A stretch of DNA of 63,690 nucleotides, filler included, from Rhabdomonas costata (taxonomy: Eukaryota), in NCBI GenBank assembly GCA_019059605.1. It is 45 parts of 45 records of this genome, joined end to end, with 100 filler letters (N's around TTAATTAATTAA, not from the genome) between each part and the next. Parts side by side here need not be neighbours in the genome. Positions count along the whole stretch, not along the records: positions 60,958 to 62,274 come from JAHMHO010019640.1; positions 62,375 to 63,690 come from JAHMHO010019641.1; 43 more parts are not named here. One strand, 5' to 3'. Position 1 is the stretch's first letter; the number at the start of each line of letters is the position of its first letter. Made by a program: the position numbers and the translations under genes. The notes beneath the pieces were generated by a model. It searched no databases. It saw only the letters and a list, made by a program, of their open reading frames with translations, and was not told the origin of the DNA. This document shows, piece after piece, positions 61,027 through 63,690 of this stretch.

Positions 61027-62274
61027 GTGGTGGGTGCACTGTTCCTACCTTCCTCAGATCTTTCTCGGGATGCCCTTCTGGAGTTCGCCTCGACGCTGTC
61101 TGTCTGTGACCTCTCCTCATGGATAGTTCCAGACTCCACTCCTTGCTCTTGGGAGGGCGTCTCGTGCGATGCCGACCTTCTCGTGGCGGGTCTGGACCTC
61201 TCTGGGCAGAATTGCTTTGGATTACTGGATTTTTCCACACTCTGTGTCTTTTGAGAGTGTTGCCCTTGCAACGGCTGAACCTCAGCCGGAACAGCTTCAT
61301 GGGCGTTTTATTCGTAAACTGTCTGCCTCGATCACTGAGGCTGTTGGACTTGTCGCGGAATTCTCGGCTCCTGTTTGGTCTGCCTCCTGAGGTGGAAATT
61401 CTTGAGCTAGGCCATTGCAAGTTCTATGGCTCCCTGAATTTTAGCGCGCTGCCGGCATCGCTGCGCAGCCTCAGCGTGCCCTCCAACCTGCTGATGGGAC
61501 TCCCCGACCTCTCGACGCTTCCCTTGGGACTGGAGAGGCTCGACCTCAGCAACAATGCACTCGTGGGGAGTTTCTCGCTGGATGTGCTCCCGCCTTCCTT
61601 GAACTTTGTTGCCCTTTCCCTAAACGTGTTGGTGTGGAGCTTGGGCTCAGGTGATATCATGAGGAACCTGTCCTACCTCGACCTCAGCGGGGATCCCTTT
61701 GGGGATGTCCTAAACGCCAGCCGTCTGCCCCGGTCGCTGCAAAACCTTCGCCTTTCCAGCTGTCTTCTACTCCATGAAATTAACCTAACTTCACTGCCGC
61801 CATTGCTTACGTACCTCGACCTTAGCAACAATCTTCTGGACACAGGGTTGAACTTATCAGCTTTGCCCCAGGGACTGCAGTGGCTGTCGCTGAGCATCAA
61901 TTCCCTCGGCTCCACCGTGGACCTGACTCATCTCCCACAAACGCTCTCTTTTCTGGACCTCAGCTACAACAAGCTCTTTGGGCCTCTAAGCCTCACAGCT
62001 TTGCCTTTTGCACTGGAGGAGCTCTACCTGGTGCGGAATAGTTTCTCTGGAAACTTGGACCTCAGCTCGCTGCCAATTGCTTTGAGAGTGCTTTCTGGGT
62101 CCTTCAATAGCTGGAATGACACTGCGGATCTGAGCGCCGCTCCTGCCTCGCTCCTCTCCGTAGACCTATCGTACTGCATGTTTACTCGGTTTGTTCTCTC
62201 GCCGCGCATCCTTTTCGGTGCGGAAGGGATGAGCATGGACCTTTCGGGTAATCCGTACGTGTGCCCCCAACCCC
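61027..62274 (+). CDS. Extracellular LRR protein with an LRRNT cap; frameshift near 61245
   Basis: ALLEF..LSSW..CSWEGVSC cap, then about 13 LxxLDLSxNxL.G..dLs.LP repeats and a GNPYVCP C-cap. Confidence 0.9.
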
Positions 62275-62374
62275 NNNNNNNNNNNNNNNNNNNNNNNNNN
62301 NNNNNNNNNNNNNNNNNNTTAATTAATTAANNNNNNNNNNNNNNNNNNNNNNNNNNNNNNNNNNNNNNNNNNNN

Positions 62375-63688
62375 TGTTGTGTGGGCAGGCACAAAATACA
62401 CCCAGATGCTTTTCACTCCAACCCCGAAAGGGGACTGCAGGTTGCATACCAAGGACAAGCCTGACTGTGGGCACACAATGCCTTGCGCGGAAACCTGAGA
62501 TTGTAGCAGCCTTTGTGGAGACCACACCAATTGTCCGGTAACGGCCCAGGCCTCCACCTGAAGAGTCTCGCCTCCGACTGTCAGACCTGTGGCACTGACG
62601 TCAAACTCCAAGCCAATGAGATCCCCGGACATCGCGAACGGGGAACCATCAAAATCGTTCGTCACGGTGACATTAAAGGATGCCAGCACAACCAAGCTTG
62701 GGCTGTCGGTGTAATTTTCGAAGTAGTCTGCGCCGAAGATGAACGACAGGTTGCTTGCACCCATGAGTGTCGGTGAAGGGGCGAAGAACAGGAACACGTT
62801 GATTGGAGTAAGCGCCTGCACGGCAATGGAGCTGAGGTTGCATCGATACATCTCACTTACCACCACGCAGGAGGTCTGGTTCCCTCCAAGTGTGCTGCTC
62901 CAGCTCAAGCCCGGGAATGCGATACGGTCCTGGCGAATTGCAACGAAAAACCCCCCCACTGAGTTGCCCGTGGGAACCAAAGTATAGTTCAGAACCGTGC
63001 TGGAACCCGCCAAAACAGAGCCGTTACTGACCACCGAGATGACCGGAGAGAACCGGGCCCATACTGTGGTGCTGGGAATCAGTGGAGTCACCACAAAGTC
63101 CGCGGCAACGGCGCGCAAGTTCAGCTGCACGGGCCCCACCGTGGTTTCCACAGGGGTGTGGAAGAGGTAGAAGACCTGCGGCTGAGCAGTGAACTTCATC
63201 CCCACACAGGCGTAATCCGAGCCGCTCAGCAGACAGGGGTAAGCCTGAGCCAGATTGGGGGTGCCACTCCACCAAACCCCGGCGGAGGAAGACACTTGTG
63301 AGGCGGACATCAGAATGCTCTCATTCGCCTGTGAGAGTCCGCTGGACTGCAACGAACAGTTCAGCACTACCGCGTCCCCAGAGCGAAGTTGGGAGGAAGG
63401 TAAGCTCGCCACACTAACGACAGGGAAGAATCCCAGGATCTCAACTGGAGGCACAAGGTTCGCAACAGTAAACCACGGAGCTGACCATGAAAAGGCTGGC
63501 AGACGACGCACAACTGCCATTCCCACGGCAAAGGAAATCCACAAAGGCTTGGGCACCAGGGACAGCGTTCCCACGGGGCATGAAAAACCCCCTACAGCTG
63601 CCAGGCAGCTCAGCATCGTCCCCGTGGGACCCTCGAAGGAAATCATGGGAACGCTCGAGCTCAGCGTGGCATTCCACGGTACAAAAAC
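62375..63688 (-). CDS. Large secreted/surface protein fragment with repeated beta-sandwich (DUF11/Ig-like) domains
   Basis: Frame open across the whole contig; repeats of GD/GS..V..Y/F...W..C......C.L. Confidence 0.65.
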
Positions 63689-63690
63689 AC

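Noticed and set aside
1349-62374. Regularly spaced TTAATTAATTAA repeats as a CRISPR-like or biological array
   Set aside because: They sit inside N runs and are an artificial six-frame-stop linker.

Overview
This window is not continuous DNA. It is about 45 unrelated eukaryotic contigs of ~1.3 kb, joined by an artificial 100-nt spacer (N44-TTAATTAATTAA-N44), so no gene-neighbourhood inference can cross a spacer. Many contig ends carry G/T-only (or C/A-only) primer-like tails and perfect fold-back hairpins, typical of degenerate-primer whole-genome amplification. The source is an intron-rich protist with short GC3-rich exons; a euglenozoan (euglenid) is my inference, not proven. Recognisable spliced gene fragments: Pol III subunit RPC2, EFHC1/Rib72, papain-family protease, ABCG/PDR transporter, GH18 class III chitinase, UMP-CMP/adenylate kinase, HEATR6, ET-domain protein, kinesin-3 stalk, Miro-like GTPase, sphingolipid synthase, ORC2-like C-terminus, AGC kinase tail, and ankyrin, LRR, hemerythrin-like and Ser/Thr-rich proteins. 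Mobile elements include a CRE-like RLE non-LTR retrotransposon relic. The most interesting item is a retroelement fragment with a Dam-like N6-adenine methyltransferase followed by an apparent PPT, short LTR, PBS and decayed gag-like frame. One contig contains an angiosperm-type PPR gene start, probably contamination or a chimera. No rRNA, tRNA, SL-RNA or CRISPR array was recognised.
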